IMG/VR virus record: IMGVR_UViG_3300028835_001449
Span: 6,859-70,858 of that record
Source of the DNA: a virus
Strand: one strand, 5' to 3'
DNA length: 64,000 bases
In this document: piece by piece, positions 20,266-30,704 of the stretch
How positions within the stretch are numbered: the first letter of the stretch is position 1
Layout of the letters: the number at the start of each line of letters is the position of its first letter
Made by a program: the position numbers and the translations under genes
Notes under the pieces: model-generated
The model's input: only the letters and a program-made list of their open reading frames with translations
Told to the model about the DNA's origin: nothing
Databases searched by the model: none

Positions 20266-20753
20266 GACATTTTCCCCCGTTCAACCGCTTCCCGTGTCCT
20301 GCGTGCGACCTCGGATTTAAACAACTCAATCTTCCGTTCGAGATTTGCTCTCGTCTGACTGACGAATAGATAGGGTCGAGTCCCCGGATGATGAACAATC
20401 GTTGTGAAAATTGTCTGCCCGTTAATTTCAAACACAAGCAATGGGTTGCCCATGATGATGTGTGGTGATGTCCCGTGCTCGAGATACCACAGAAGCTCTG
20501 GATGATCCGATGCCGTGCCGATGATAATCTCATCAATCCATCCGTGCATATCCTTCTTCGCCATTCTCGTATACATATCGGCAAGATGGGTTCCGGGTTT
20601 ATCTGAGCGTGGCGTTGTCCGCTTCAACTGCTCCATTGCCTCACCTGTGAGAGACCATAATCCCGCTCCTGTATGTCGCTTGAACGACATGAGATTATTG
20701 GCAATCTTCTTAAAATGGCTTAGGTCTGGCTTCAGAGTTATTGCTTGTTCCAT
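20262..20753 (-). CDS. HK97 gp10-like tail completion protein
   Basis: TTPRS...THLAD, YLEHGTSPH, VHHPGTRPYLF. Confidence 0.8.
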   Translation of the reverse strand: MEQAITLKPDLSHFKKIANNLMSFKRHTGAGLWSLTGEAMEQLKRTTPRSDKPGTHLADMYTRMAKKDMHGWIDEIIIGTASDHPELLWYLEHGTSPHIIMGNPLLVFEINGQTIFTTIVHHPGTRPYLFVSQTRANLERKIELFKSEVARRTREAVERGKMS

Positions 20754-20760
20754 CTTACGC

Positions 20761-21456
20761 TTACGCCCAAAACGTCGGAGCCTTCTTCGACTCCACTGTC
20801 ATGGCATCATAAAACTTCTTCTCCAATGTCCGAGCATCCTTCAGCTCTGGGTCTGACAGCGTCCACGGAAACTGTCCTCCCGTATGGGAAATTGCACTCA
20901 ACCGTTTCTGTCTCCTCGCCCTCACTTTTAACGCCTGAGATATGGCGTACCACACGATAAACTTCTCGAACCTATCCTTACACAATGCCAAAGTCCAAGC
21001 CTTAATATAAATGTAATATACCCTATCGCCTGTTGTTGATGGCGGAGGAAGCAACCATAATTTTTCCGTTGCCTCGTTCCAATCCCAATCGGCTCGATCT
21101 GCTATCTGCTGAGCCTTCAACGCATCGACATACTGCGTTACCTGATCGAGCATAACATCATAACCCTCGGCTGGAAACTCAACGTCAAACTCACCGCCGA
21201 AAATGTCTGCCATTGTGGCTCGTCCACCTGCCCAACCGACAAATACCACCTCTATTGCATCTTCGTGGACAGAATAGTCCGGCTGATCACCTACTGTTTC
21301 TATATACGACGTCGCCCAGTTTGGAATGTACCTATCGAACTCTTCTAAAGCTTCGGCGATCCAATTCTCGATATTAGCGTCTGGAACAATATCAACTGGC
21401 GGCTTTCCCGCTTCTAGCCTTATCCTTGTTACTAGTGCGCTTGCGTCCAGTCCCAC
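20761..21456 (-). CDS. Head-tail adaptor / neck protein
   Basis: First neck gene; IAEALEEFDRY, LWLLPPP; AAGGAGG RBS. Confidence 0.65.
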   Translation of the reverse strand: MGLDASALVTRIRLEAGKPPVDIVPDANIENWIAEALEEFDRYIPNWATSYIETVGDQPDYSVHEDAIEVVFVGWAGGRATMADIFGGEFDVEFPAEGYDVMLDQVTQYVDALKAQQIADRADWDWNEATEKLWLLPPPSTTGDRVYYIYIKAWTLALCKDRFEKFIVWYAISQALKVRARRQKRLSAISHTGGQFPWTLSDPELKDARTLEKKFYDAMTVESKKAPTFWA

Positions 21457-21643
21457 GGCGTGACCTCCTTAACTTCGGATTCGGATTTTCGGCCAACCTA
21501 ATGCGAATAATTTCACCGACTTTACCGGGCAAAATATGTACTGGATTGCCCATGGCATCATAAAAGACTTGCTCCACCTTTGTTTTGTTTTTATACTTCT
21601 CTTTATAATACTCATAACCTTCTCGAGCAACTTGCTTTGCCAC
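21392..21643 (-). CDS. Small basic protein carrying the shared YxNx5QVxYDx4Px4PG motif
   Basis: GTG start with GGAGG, downstream of a class B promoter; YKNKTKVEQVFYDAMGNPVHILPGK. Confidence 0.7.
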   Translation of the reverse strand: MAKQVAREGYEYYKEKYKNKTKVEQVFYDAMGNPVHILPGKVGEIIRIRLAENPNPKLRRSRRGTGRKRTSNKDKARSGKAAS

Positions 21644-21663
21644 CTGACACCTCCTTCAAAAAT

Positions 21664-21692
21664 AATATCACACAAAGGATTGCAGTTTGCAA
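21664..21692 (-). promoter_or_regulatory. Phage promoter class B (TTGCAA-ACTGCAAT...-GATATT)
   Basis: Same motif and 17-nt spacing at 42815, 46798 and 50586. Confidence 0.7.
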
Positions 21693-21702
21693 CCCTAGCG
21701 TC

Positions 21703-22788
21703 CTAAATATAATTGAGACTCATGCCGTCTTTATTAATACATTTTTCAACTAATTCATTGACAATACACACTTCACACCTCGGACATGCCCTCGGAACGA
21801 TTCTAGTTAAAAGCTCACGATGACTCTTCGAACCCCACCGCTTTAAAAATGCTTCAAATGGATACCACTTGCCTAACGAGAACTCCTCGTCTCCACGCCG
21901 ATCAGGACATGGATGGAACTTGCCATCGGCGCCCAGCACGCCAATTAACGGCGTTGCATAACATTTCCTGAACCGAATCGCCCTATTCCATTCCCGCTCT
22001 ACTTTATGTACTATGCCGTAAATATGAAAAGTCTCATCCTCTAATTCTTTCCGGGCTTCTCTGAGATAATACTCGGACTGCTTTCTCATTCCCTGTGAAA
22101 ACCTATAACGTGAAAGGTATATCGGACGAATAAGAGCTATGTCTGCGCCCATTGTCTTCGCCAAATCACAGAATCCAAACTGTTCATTGAAAGTAGTATG
22201 ATGAATAAGAAAACACATTGTTATTTTGGGACGGCCATCATCTCCCCTGTTCTGAGCCAGCCAACGAATATTAGTCATTACCTTGTCAAAATAATCGAGT
22301 CCTGCCTTCTTAACTCTCAAATACGTTGTTGAAGTTGCGGCATCAACCGAAAACTCGACCCATTCAACATACTTCAGCACGGCCTTTCTAATACCATCCT
22401 TTTCCAAACACAAGCCATTTGTCTTTATTCCGACACGTATACTGTTCTTATCTAGCTCCTTCAAAAAATCTACAATCCGAGGGTGAAACAATGGTTCACC
22501 ACCAGAGAGTACAACATTCTTCACTCCCCACTCTTTTAAAAATACTGGAATTTCGAGCAACCGAACATCGGAGATTGACGTCAGATTTGACGACCTGTAA
22601 TCCTTATACTCGCACCATGAACAATGAACATTGCAGAGATTTGTAGGGTCAATTGTTAACGTGACTGGCGGTTGAAGGTTCTCTTCTGCGCCATTTACCC
22701 ACCTAACCGCGGCTTCGATCCGCTCTCTATGTGCCAAAGCCTTCATACTATTATAAGGATTATAAACATTTATCATTTCTTTCCACAT
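21703..22788 (-). CDS. Radical SAM enzyme with SPASM/Twitch domain
   Basis: CNVHCSWC; SGGEP; C-terminal CY...ADG...PC...CPRC. Confidence 0.9.
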   Translation of the reverse strand: MWKEMINVYNPYNSMKALAHRERIEAAVRWVNGAEENLQPPVTLTIDPTNLCNVHCSWCEYKDYRSSNLTSISDVRLLEIPVFLKEWGVKNVVLSGGEPLFHPRIVDFLKELDKNSIRVGIKTNGLCLEKDGIRKAVLKYVEWVEFSVDAATSTTYLRVKKAGLDYFDKVMTNIRWLAQNRGDDGRPKITMCFLIHHTTFNEQFGFCDLAKTMGADIALIRPIYLSRYRFSQGMRKQSEYYLREARKELEDETFHIYGIVHKVEREWNRAIRFRKCYATPLIGVLGADGKFHPCPDRRGDEEFSLGKWYPFEAFLKRWGSKSHRELLTRIVPRACPRCEVCIVNELVEKCINKDGMSLNYI

Positions 22789-22886
22789 TGCCTATACCTC
22801 CAATATTCGTCAAACCCGTAAACTCAGGGTCAATTATATGACTATCGTTCGCCTATGCTCCTCTCCTGCCCAAATTCACGCTATTT

Positions 22887-23837
22887 TTACCACCTCTCGA
22901 TGGCTGGAGCATAGTTTTCCTTGAACCATCGAATAGTCCACGAAAGTCCTTCTTCCAATGCTGTGTCCGGAGTCCAGTGAAGGACGTCTTTCATCCTGGT
23001 AATATCAAAAACCTTCGCCTTCGCACCTTCGGGCTTTGACGTATCCCACTTGACCTCACCTTCATACTCTACTAGCTTTTTTATATAATACACAAGCAGC
23101 TTGATTGCTGTGCCGATGCCTGTTCCTATATTTAATGGTATTGGTTCATCATACTTTTCTGTTGCTCGAAGAATACCTTCTGCAGCGTCATCAACAAACA
23201 AGAACTCACGAACAGGATTTCCAGTTCCCCAAACTGGCACAGTTAATGAGTTATTCTTTTGGGCTTCAACGAACTTTCGAATAAGCGCTGCTACGACGTG
23301 TGACCGCTCTGTATTATATGAATCCCATGGACCATAAAGATTTGCTAACATAACATGAATTCCATTGAACCCGAACTGTTGCCTGTAAGCATTGCATTGA
23401 ATAACCATCATCTTCTTCACTGCTCCGTAGCACGCAACTGAACCGTGACACGGACCCTTCCATAAATCCTTCTCCTGCATTGAGCCTGAAACCTCGCCTG
23501 GATATGAGCAAGCTGTTCCTACGCCTACGAACTTCTTTACATTAGCCTTCGCACATGCATCAATAACATTTGTCTGCATTGACATATTCGTAAAATAAAT
23601 ATCTGCTGGTATCTTCATATTAATCTCGATTCCTCCATAAAGTGCGGCTGAATGGATGACAATCTCGGGATGAAAAACTTCAATCATTTCCTCTGCTCTA
23701 TTCTTATCCATCAAATCATAATCGGCGCTCCTTGGAATAGCTACGTGTGCACCCCTATCCTCCAATTTCTTGACAATAACCCTGCCTAAAAAGCCAGAGC
23801 CACCTGTTACCAAAACCTTTTTGTCTTTTAATTTCAT
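22887..23837 (-). CDS. fcl: GDP-L-fucose synthase-like epimerase/reductase
   Basis: TGGSGFLG, YGGIEIN, GTACSYP, YGAVK, NLYGP, SHVVAALIRK, VWGTGNPVREFLFVDD; likely start at 23837. Confidence 0.85.
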   Translation of the reverse strand: MKLKDKKVLVTGGSGFLGRVIVKKLEDRGAHVAIPRSADYDLMDKNRAEEMIEVFHPEIVIHSAALYGGIEINMKIPADIYFTNMSMQTNVIDACAKANVKKFVGVGTACSYPGEVSGSMQEKDLWKGPCHGSVACYGAVKKMMVIQCNAYRQQFGFNGIHVMLANLYGPWDSYNTERSHVVAALIRKFVEAQKNNSLTVPVWGTGNPVREFLFVDDAAEGILRATEKYDEPIPLNIGTGIGTAIKLLVYYIKKLVEYEGEVKWDTSKPEGAKAKVFDITRMKDVLHWTPDTALEEGLSWTIRWFKENYAPAIERW

Positions 23838-23974
23838 GTCTGCCTCACAAAGCTCCATACCCCGAGCACTACAAGCACAAGTAATATCCATCGTGCGGTG
23901 TCGGGATAGAGCATTCCAAAGAATCCGCACAGCACTAAAATAACTATGCTTACCTCATTTTCGGTTATCTTCAT
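23834..23974 (-). CDS. Small two-TM membrane protein (46 aa, absent from ORF track)
   Basis: MKITENEVSIVILVLCGFFGMLYPDTARWILLVLVVLGVWSFVRQT; GAGG RBS; ATGA overlap with fcl. Confidence 0.55.
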   Translation of the reverse strand: MKITENEVSIVILVLCGFFGMLYPDTARWILLVLVVLGVWSFVRQT

Positions 23975-23984
23975 ACTGCCTCGG

Positions 23985-24170
23985 CTATTCACAGTTGATG
24001 ATGCGGACATCCGAACACTTCTCTTTCAAGCCCGGGAACTGCTTGTAGAACGCCTTGTACAAATTCTTCAGCTTCCTGTCATCCGCTTCCGATGCCGGCA
24101 TCCGCCTCACCGGCTTGGCGGGCACCCTCGTTGTTATCATTACCTTAATGTTCGATGTTGTTGTTGTCAT
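23985..24170 (-). CDS. Hypothetical protein
   Basis: GGAGG RBS, co-oriented. Confidence 0.5.
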   Translation of the reverse strand: MTTTTSNIKVMITTRVPAKPVRRMPASEADDRKLKNLYKAFYKQFPGLKEKCSDVRIINCE

Positions 24171-24178
24171 TCTTCCTC

Positions 24179-25120
24179 CTACACATTTGAATATTGAGGC
24201 TTTGGTTCGAAAGACTGAAACAGATCGATAAGCTGTGAAACTCCCGTTTCCAAACTCACAGTCGTTTCGAATCCCAGAGCTTCTATTTTCTCGGAGCTGA
24301 CTTCGTAGTCCCGTTGATCTTCGTCCCTTCCAAAGTCGGCGTAGTGCAAATAATACTTCACTTTCTTCTTGATAAACTCCGCCACCTGACGCTTCGTTAA
24401 ATTCAGGTCTACCGAGCCGATGTTAAAAACCTCACCTTGCATTTTTTCAATGTTCTGAATCGCAAAAAGGATCGCCCTGGCCATGTCCAGCACGTGCACA
24501 AACGCTCGTCGATAATCCGCCTCGTAGACAACCAGATTCTTCTCTTTCACAGCCTTGTAGCAGAAGTCATTCACCATCAAATCAAGCCTCATCCTCGGAG
24601 ACACTCCGTATCCAGTAGCAAATCTAAGGACAATAGAGTTCTCTCTCTCCCTGACCGCCTCCTCAGCTAAAACTTTTGTATCACCATAGACAGTGAGAGG
24701 ATCTAACGGCAAAGCTTCTACACAAACCTCTGTTTTCTTCCCATAGCACGAGTCCGTCGAAGCCAGTATGATTGGAGCTTCCTTATTCGCCGTACCACAC
24801 ACAGTCCGTGTGCCACCAACATTGACTTCGAGAGCTTCCCGTTCGAACTTCTTACAAATCGGGAACCCAACGAGAGCCGCTAAATGCACAATGATAGCGC
24901 AATCCTCAACACGTTTCTCAAGGGCGCCGGAATCTCTGACATCCCCCTTCACAAACTCAAAGTTTTTATGCAGGAAGCACGCTAAAAGCCCGTCAACTCC
25001 CCACATCAGACTGTCGTACACTCGCACTTTGTGTCCTGCTTGCAGAAGCATAGGCACAAGCACGGAGCCGACAAACCCCGCTCCACCAGTTACTAAAATT
25101 CTCATTTGCTTCTCTCCCAT
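24179..25120 (-). CDS. NAD-dependent NDP-sugar epimerase/dehydratase
   Basis: TGGAGFVG, HLAALVG, YGDTK, RMRLDLMVNDF, DQRDYEVS. Confidence 0.9.
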   Translation of the reverse strand: MGEKQMRILVTGGAGFVGSVLVPMLLQAGHKVRVYDSLMWGVDGLLACFLHKNFEFVKGDVRDSGALEKRVEDCAIIVHLAALVGFPICKKFEREALEVNVGGTRTVCGTANKEAPIILASTDSCYGKKTEVCVEALPLDPLTVYGDTKVLAEEAVRERENSIVLRFATGYGVSPRMRLDLMVNDFCYKAVKEKNLVVYEADYRRAFVHVLDMARAILFAIQNIEKMQGEVFNIGSVDLNLTKRQVAEFIKKKVKYYLHYADFGRDEDQRDYEVSSEKIEALGFETTVSLETGVSQLIDLFQSFEPKPQYSNV

Positions 25121-26025
25121 TCAATGATTTTATCTAAAGCATTTTCAAGACGCCCAAACCCAAACCTCATTAACTTAAACAATTCACTCAAGTTCGCCAC
25201 CCGACCACGCACATCTTCAAACCCTTCAGGGTACACCTGATCATATGGCACAAGCACAATGTCCGACTTGCTCTTTGCCCCCGCCTTGATCAGCTCAGCC
25301 AGCTCCAAAATGGAGATGCCACAGTTGCTTCCAACATCGAGGGTCTTGCCTTTGCTCTCAGGAATGGATCCAAGGCGATCGAGCACCCGCACAGTATCTT
25401 CCACCGGGCAGAAGCTTCGTGTCTGCCGCCCATCTCCGTAAACTGTTATCGGTTCACCCATCGTTGCCTGTCGTACAAACCTCGGCACTACCATCCCGTA
25501 TGACCCTGCCTGTCTGGTACCGATCGTATTAAAAATTCTGACAATGCTCACATCGAGACCATACTTCTTAGCATAGGACAAAGTCAAAGCTTCTGCTGTC
25601 AGCTTACTGAGAGCGTAGTTCCAACGGGTGAAGTTGAACGGCCTCCCTGCCTCCAAACTGTAGACCTCCGAGCTTGAAGCTATTACCACCTTTTGATGGG
25701 GAGCCAAATTCTCCAAAACGTAGCCCGTCCCGAATACATTTACTTTCATAACTTGATAGGGGTCTTCCATGACCTTCAGCATCCCCACAACGGCGGCCAA
25801 ATGGTAGATACGATCCGCCCATTTCACAAGGTCTTCCAACTCTGGGGAGAAGATGTCTTCCTCAATGAATTTAAAATTGTGATGGTTCATAGCTTGCAGT
25901 AAATTAGCTTTTGTGCCCGTGCTCAGATCATCAATAACGGACACAACATCGCCTTTAGCCAGATGATAATCCGTCAGATGTGATCCAATGAATCCAGCAC
26001 CGCCAGTTATCAGAACTTTCATCAT
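25102..26025 (-). CDS. NAD-dependent NDP-sugar epimerase/dehydratase (second)
   Basis: TGGAGFIGSH, ASSSEVY, YALSK, GMVVPRF, YGDGRQTRSF; start approximate. Confidence 0.9.
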   Translation of the reverse strand: MMKVLITGGAGFIGSHLTDYHLAKGDVVSVIDDLSTGTKANLLQAMNHHNFKFIEEDIFSPELEDLVKWADRIYHLAAVVGMLKVMEDPYQVMKVNVFGTGYVLENLAPHQKVVIASSSEVYSLEAGRPFNFTRWNYALSKLTAEALTLSYAKKYGLDVSIVRIFNTIGTRQAGSYGMVVPRFVRQATMGEPITVYGDGRQTRSFCPVEDTVRVLDRLGSIPESKGKTLDVGSNCGISILELAELIKAGAKSKSDIVLVPYDQVYPEGFEDVRGRVANLSELFKLMRFGFGRLENALDKIIEWERSK

Positions 26026-26768
26026 CCCTCCTCCGAATATCCCATGAACGACATTATCTCCCCCGCCCATGACCAGAACTTTTTATTCATGGCCGGTGAG
26101 AACTCATCCTTCCAGCCACCAGACAAGCCTCTCAATCCGAGTTTGCGAGGATCAACTCCTTCTGAAGCACGACGCTTCAACAATCGGCTATACCTTGTCC
26201 TCTCCACAGCCTGCTTAATAATTCGCAAACTCGTTTTTAATTTTGTAAACTTAACAACCTTCCTCGTTATAGCAAGGGGGTCTGCCAACAAGTCCTCGTA
26301 CTTTACCATTAATGATTCAACACCTATCCATCCTCGAAGCCAAAAAGTAACGTGCACTTTCCACGACCCAAAAGGCATCATCCCGGGGATGAACTTATCA
26401 ATGAGAAATTGCTTGAAGGACATTGACGAATGAACCGTACCCTGCCATAAGCCAAAATGATAACATGAGAGAGCAACATCCCTCCCATCCCTATAGCTAT
26501 AGACTGCGTTTGGATATTTGAGGTAATACGATATCATATCGAAATGACATTTCACAAAGACGGGGTTGTACGAGTACGACTGGGCCACAATATCAGACCA
26601 ACCCCGCTGATGAGCATCTGGTATAAACTTATCAATATCAAGATACCCACAGTCGACTTCCGGGTGCTGAATGTTTGCGAGGAGAAGTCTCAGCCACGTG
26701 TTCCCCGAGCGGGGATAAGACACCAGCCAAATGAACTTCTCCACTACTTTCTCCTTATGAGTATCCAC
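26022..26768 (-). CDS. PAPS-dependent sulfotransferase (Sulfotransfer_1 type)
   Basis: 5'-PSB SYPRSGNTW, 3'-PB YRDGRDVALS, KYEDL, RG..GGWKDEFS. Confidence 0.9.
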   Translation of the reverse strand: MDTHKEKVVEKFIWLVSYPRSGNTWLRLLLANIQHPEVDCGYLDIDKFIPDAHQRGWSDIVAQSYSYNPVFVKCHFDMISYYLKYPNAVYSYRDGRDVALSCYHFGLWQGTVHSSMSFKQFLIDKFIPGMMPFGSWKVHVTFWLRGWIGVESLMVKYEDLLADPLAITRKVVKFTKLKTSLRIIKQAVERTRYSRLLKRRASEGVDPRKLGLRGLSGGWKDEFSPAMNKKFWSWAGEIMSFMGYSEEG

Positions 26769-27352
26769 GTCTGTCTGCCCGGATGATAAACAGGCAAAAT
26801 TCTCATGGTCAAGTTATGTTTTTCAATGATTGCCCTCATAGTGACAGGCCGATAAAATGCCCCCGACTGATTCCATTCCTTCCCTCCATAATCTACCTTA
26901 CCCTCAGAATAAGTCGCAAGAAAAATCGTTTCTGGCTTCATAGCTTTGTACGCAGACTCCAAAGATTTGTCAATTTGCTGTTTCGGCATATGTGCAAACA
27001 CAGATTGAGCCATGATGTAGTCGAAATTTCTTTTAAAGATAAACATATCGCAGGCATCCGAAATTTCTAAGTAAGGTGTCTTCTCTCTAACGAGTTCTGT
27101 CAAACAGTTATGCTTTATTCCCTCAGTCACAAGGTCACGTTTTGGTTCTATCCCATAGTAGTTGCCACGATCAAGATACTGAATCGCAAAGCGTCCGAAT
27201 CTCAAACTTCCACACCCGAAATCCAATAGACTGTGATAATGTCTCATTCCCAACGTGAAAAGATGAAAGAACTGCAACGCTCCCTGAGTGTCGTACCATT
27301 CTATCGGTCCAACGTATCTCCTCCAATCGATCACTACTTTCTCCTTGCTCAT
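26744..27352 (-). CDS. Class I SAM-dependent methyltransferase
   Basis: LLDFGCGSLRFG, FDYIMAQSVFAH. Confidence 0.88.
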   Translation of the reverse strand: MSKEKVVIDWRRYVGPIEWYDTQGALQFFHLFTLGMRHYHSLLDFGCGSLRFGRFAIQYLDRGNYYGIEPKRDLVTEGIKHNCLTELVREKTPYLEISDACDMFIFKRNFDYIMAQSVFAHMPKQQIDKSLESAYKAMKPETIFLATYSEGKVDYGGKEWNQSGAFYRPVTMRAIIEKHNLTMRILPVYHPGRQTWILIRRK

Positions 27353-27912
27353 TTCTTCACCACCGCCCCTATTCCCATGTATGATGGCTTGAATGAGAAT
27401 ACCACCTTCATATATCTCCCCTCGTCTCTCATTATCTCACCGAATAGGATTCTGACCTCGTGATTCGCCTCGTGATGCATTACGTCGTGAAAGGCAACGA
27501 TGTGTTCGGTCAGTGGTTCGTACATCTCATAGTCTCTCTTAACTGATTGATAGTGATGATCCGCGTCTATGAAAAGAAGATTGATCAGCCTGCCTCCCAA
27601 CTTCCTCTTCAATTTATTTAATGTTTCCTCGCTATGCGTATCGCCATGTATGTCTGGATTGTACTTGAGAGCATTGTCAATTCCAATGTGCTCTGCTCCC
27701 AAGAACTCCTCATAAAACTTTTTCTGACAATTATTTGCCACGCCCAACTCCACCACGATCGGATGTTCAACGCCTCTATTCTTAAAATAAGCTTCCGCAA
27801 ACTCAAGAAAGCTCTGCCACTCCTCCGGCTGTTGCCAAAGTTTTGCTTTGCTCACTGAAATTTTAAGTCGTTCGATGTTCATTCTACCAATCTCAAAATA
27901 GCTGTGGATCAC
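27349..27912 (-). CDS. SAM-dependent methyltransferase (Methyltransf_24-like)
   Basis: VVELGV, LLFIDADHHYQSVKRD, VAFHD. Confidence 0.85.
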   Translation of the reverse strand: MIHSYFEIGRMNIERLKISVSKAKLWQQPEEWQSFLEFAEAYFKNRGVEHPIVVELGVANNCQKKFYEEFLGAEHIGIDNALKYNPDIHGDTHSEETLNKLKRKLGGRLINLLFIDADHHYQSVKRDYEMYEPLTEHIVAFHDVMHHEANHEVRILFGEIMRDEGRYMKVVFSFKPSYMGIGAVVKK

Positions 27913-29173
27913 AAAGATGTTTCTCGCACTCCCTCCTTATCTCCTCCTCCGTAATAAAATGATGCTGAACAGTCAGCTTCCGCTCAAGATTGTAGCGACT
28001 CTGCCGCTCCCTCCGCCCCTTGATACGCCTTTTTATAGCCATATCCACATCAGCCATCGCCCAGTGAGCTCCCAAAAACTTCTCTGCGGAAACTACAACC
28101 CTTTCATTTGGCTTATACGAATGGCAACCCGGAGACCACTCTATCCCGACTTCCGGCCGAACTATAATCGGCTTGGTGTACATCTTATTTATACCCGCCG
28201 TCACGTTCGGATCCCCGTGACGTCTCTGAAGCACCGCAGGTTTGGATGAATCCAAATCTTTATCAGTTTCATGCCTATACACCTGCCACATCTGAGCGTG
28301 CAGCAAATTGGCTTTCTCCCTCATGAGGACGGGCATTGCATGTCCCTTAGCAGGAAATATGAACTCGTCCGCGTCTACAGCAAATACCCAATCACCCTTC
28401 ATTTTGCAAACGACTTCGTTCACCTTTCGAACCTTCAGATCATCGTTCATCATGTCGGGAAACGTAAAATCCTCAATCTCAACGTTTGCATACTGCCCGC
28501 ATACCGCTCTCGTATTATCGCTCGAATCTGTGTCCAATAACAAATGAACTCTATCAACCCATCCGTAATGGTTAAGAAAAAGTGGGGCCAAGAAAGCTTC
28601 GTTGTACCACATAGTCACCACCCCAAACTCCATCCGTTTCTCTACCCATGCCAATAGATAGTGACTGCCATCTGGTTGAAGAAGCAACTCATCTACAGCC
28701 TTTCGCACACCGGGATGCGCCATTCCCACCTTACCTACCGACACCGGTGAATGATAATCATGGAACACCATCAATCCTCCTCTCTTCAACTTGGGCCAAG
28801 AAAGAAGAATATCGCGTTTCACACTTTCATAGTCATGCGCCCCATCAATGAACACAAGATCGCAGTTAACTTTTAACCCCGGCAAGACATCCTCGGACTT
28901 TCCGACGTGATACACGATATTAGGCCAGCCTTTAATATTGCCTTCAAAAGCATTTAATGTGGTGAATTCCAGAGCTTGAATTTCGCTGCCTTTCGTGCCC
29001 TTAAACGTATCGACCGCATATACCTTTTTTGCCACCTCGGCCATTGCTAGAGTCGACCTCCCATGATAGCTGCCTATTTCGAGGCAAACTTTATCCTTGC
29101 CCAATTCCTGTAATTTCAAACACTCAGGAGTATAGACATACCCATGCACACCTCGAAATGGTTTTCTACTCAT
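27893..29173 (-). CDS. Fusion: Methyltransf_24-like + GT-A (GT2-like) glycosyltransferase
   Basis: LEIGSYHGRS, FIDGAHDYESV, FHDY; then YNEA..L..FL.HY, DTDSSDNT, VDADEF. Confidence 0.85.
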   Translation of the reverse strand: MSRKPFRGVHGYVYTPECLKLQELGKDKVCLEIGSYHGRSTLAMAEVAKKVYAVDTFKGTKGSEIQALEFTTLNAFEGNIKGWPNIVYHVGKSEDVLPGLKVNCDLVFIDGAHDYESVKRDILLSWPKLKRGGLMVFHDYHSPVSVGKVGMAHPGVRKAVDELLLQPDGSHYLLAWVEKRMEFGVVTMWYNEAFLAPLFLNHYGWVDRVHLLLDTDSSDNTRAVCGQYANVEIEDFTFPDMMNDDLKVRKVNEVVCKMKGDWVFAVDADEFIFPAKGHAMPVLMREKANLLHAQMWQVYRHETDKDLDSSKPAVLQRRHGDPNVTAGINKMYTKPIIVRPEVGIEWSPGCHSYKPNERVVVSAEKFLGAHWAMADVDMAIKRRIKGRRERQSRYNLERKLTVQHHFITEEEIRRECEKHLCDPQLF

Positions 29174-30045
29174 TTGGGTTGTTTCCTCCTATAACCCTCC
29201 TTTCGATCCTCTCTAATGTCTCCTCGATAATTCCCCGGGTCCCACGTCGACTTTGTCGCCTCCATCTCTTCGATGGTCAACTTGCGCCCGAACAGAATAA
29301 CGTCATTGTCAGACAATTTCGGCAACTTATGCGCCTTGAACAAAGCAAGGTTCCCGGGCGAGAACTTCTCCTTCTTCGTCTTGATGTACTCTCGCTCGAG
29401 CGGAATAGCCATGCCACAATGTTTACAATACCTATCAACTTGGTCTTGAAATTCAGGGGGCGTTTTCTTCCACCAACCTGGGTCGATCGGATATCCTCCT
29501 GCCCCGTCAAGAATTGAGTCAATAGCATAAGCCACTTCACAGAAGAAAGCGCCTTTTGGACCAATAGACGGACACCACGTTTTCTGCACCCAACACTCGT
29601 CTATCAGTTTTTTTCTGTACTCCTCATCACCCACGACATCCTGAATTGCAATGGTCAAAGGTTGATGCTTGCACGTTTTCTCCTGATGTGGAGTGTGCTC
29701 ATTATATGCAACCATCCCAAAGGTCTCATTAATCAGGGTTCGATACTTCTCATATCTGGGACCTCCCGAAGTCCACAGCCCATACTTCTCCTTCTTGTGC
29801 TTCTTTTGCAACAGATAACAAGCTTCCTCGAACTGTGGATGCACAACTGGTTCACCTCCTATTATTCCTATTCTGCCTTCGAAGCCATCAAGTGATTGAA
29901 CCGCTCTATCAAGAGTCTCCAAGTCCATAAAGAATCTCTGGTCTTCTCGGATGTGTCGGTTGAACCGGGAGCAGTACAGACAATCCCGCCAGCAGACATT
30001 GGTGAACTCGATCTGGCAAAACCACGCTTGTGAAATAGGCTTCAT
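29170..30045 (-). CDS. Radical SAM enzyme
   Basis: TNVCWRDCLYC, IGGEP; extra Cys motifs CWVQ..WC, FFCE, CKHC. Confidence 0.85.
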   Translation of the reverse strand: MKPISQAWFCQIEFTNVCWRDCLYCSRFNRHIREDQRFFMDLETLDRAVQSLDGFEGRIGIIGGEPVVHPQFEEACYLLQKKHKKEKYGLWTSGGPRYEKYRTLINETFGMVAYNEHTPHQEKTCKHQPLTIAIQDVVGDEEYRKKLIDECWVQKTWCPSIGPKGAFFCEVAYAIDSILDGAGGYPIDPGWWKKTPPEFQDQVDRYCKHCGMAIPLEREYIKTKKEKFSPGNLALFKAHKLPKLSDNDVILFGRKLTIEEMEATKSTWDPGNYRGDIREDRKEGYRRKQPK

Positions 30046-30704
30046 TTTTTCTCTCCCAGAAGCTCGAAGCTCTCACCCCAATACAGACCCTTCCCTCGTC
30101 TGCGGCGATACATCGGCCTATCGTGCTTCTTTGCTAACCGTGACAATTCCGTCGTGCGCCCTTTCTGGGCGAATACATGCTCCACTACGGCGCCTGTGGC
30201 AAAATGAAACCGGTCGATCTTTTTGGCAAACTTCCCCAACTCAGAATCACCGCCAAAGTGAAGATACTCAGGACAAAAGACTTGTCTATCCGGGAATCTG
30301 TTAATGAACTTTCTTCCCATCAACCCAAACGCTGTCGGAGGACCCCCGCTGTTTAACCCTATCACCCCATCACCATCCGGGAAATGCTTCTTCAGAGCAA
30401 TCACTGCCTCAGAGATACAACTGGGAGCAAACGTAAGGTCGTCCGATCCATAGAGGACTGCATCCACGTCACCCATCTCCAAAAGTGCCCGGTTCATAGA
30501 GAAAACATAGTCCATCCTTTTCTCATTAAAAAGCATAGTCACAGGCTCCGCAAGGAGCTTGTTAAAAAGTCTCCTATTTCCATCGACCACCACGAAGATA
30601 GAAACGTCCTTGTAATCACACTCCACGATAGACTTGATGCACCTCCTCAATGACTCCAGTCTATCGTAGGTTGAGATTAACACCTCTACGTGCATCTTAT
30701 CCAT
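30042..30704 (-). CDS. GT2-family glycosyltransferase
   Basis: VLISTYDR...L, VVVDG, GSDD, GGDSEL, VEH. Confidence 0.8.
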   Translation of the reverse strand: MDKMHVEVLISTYDRLESLRRCIKSIVECDYKDVSIFVVVDGNRRLFNKLLAEPVTMLFNEKRMDYVFSMNRALLEMGDVDAVLYGSDDLTFAPSCISEAVIALKKHFPDGDGVIGLNSGGPPTAFGLMGRKFINRFPDRQVFCPEYLHFGGDSELGKFAKKIDRFHFATGAVVEHVFAQKGRTTELSRLAKKHDRPMYRRRRGKGLYWGESFELLGEKK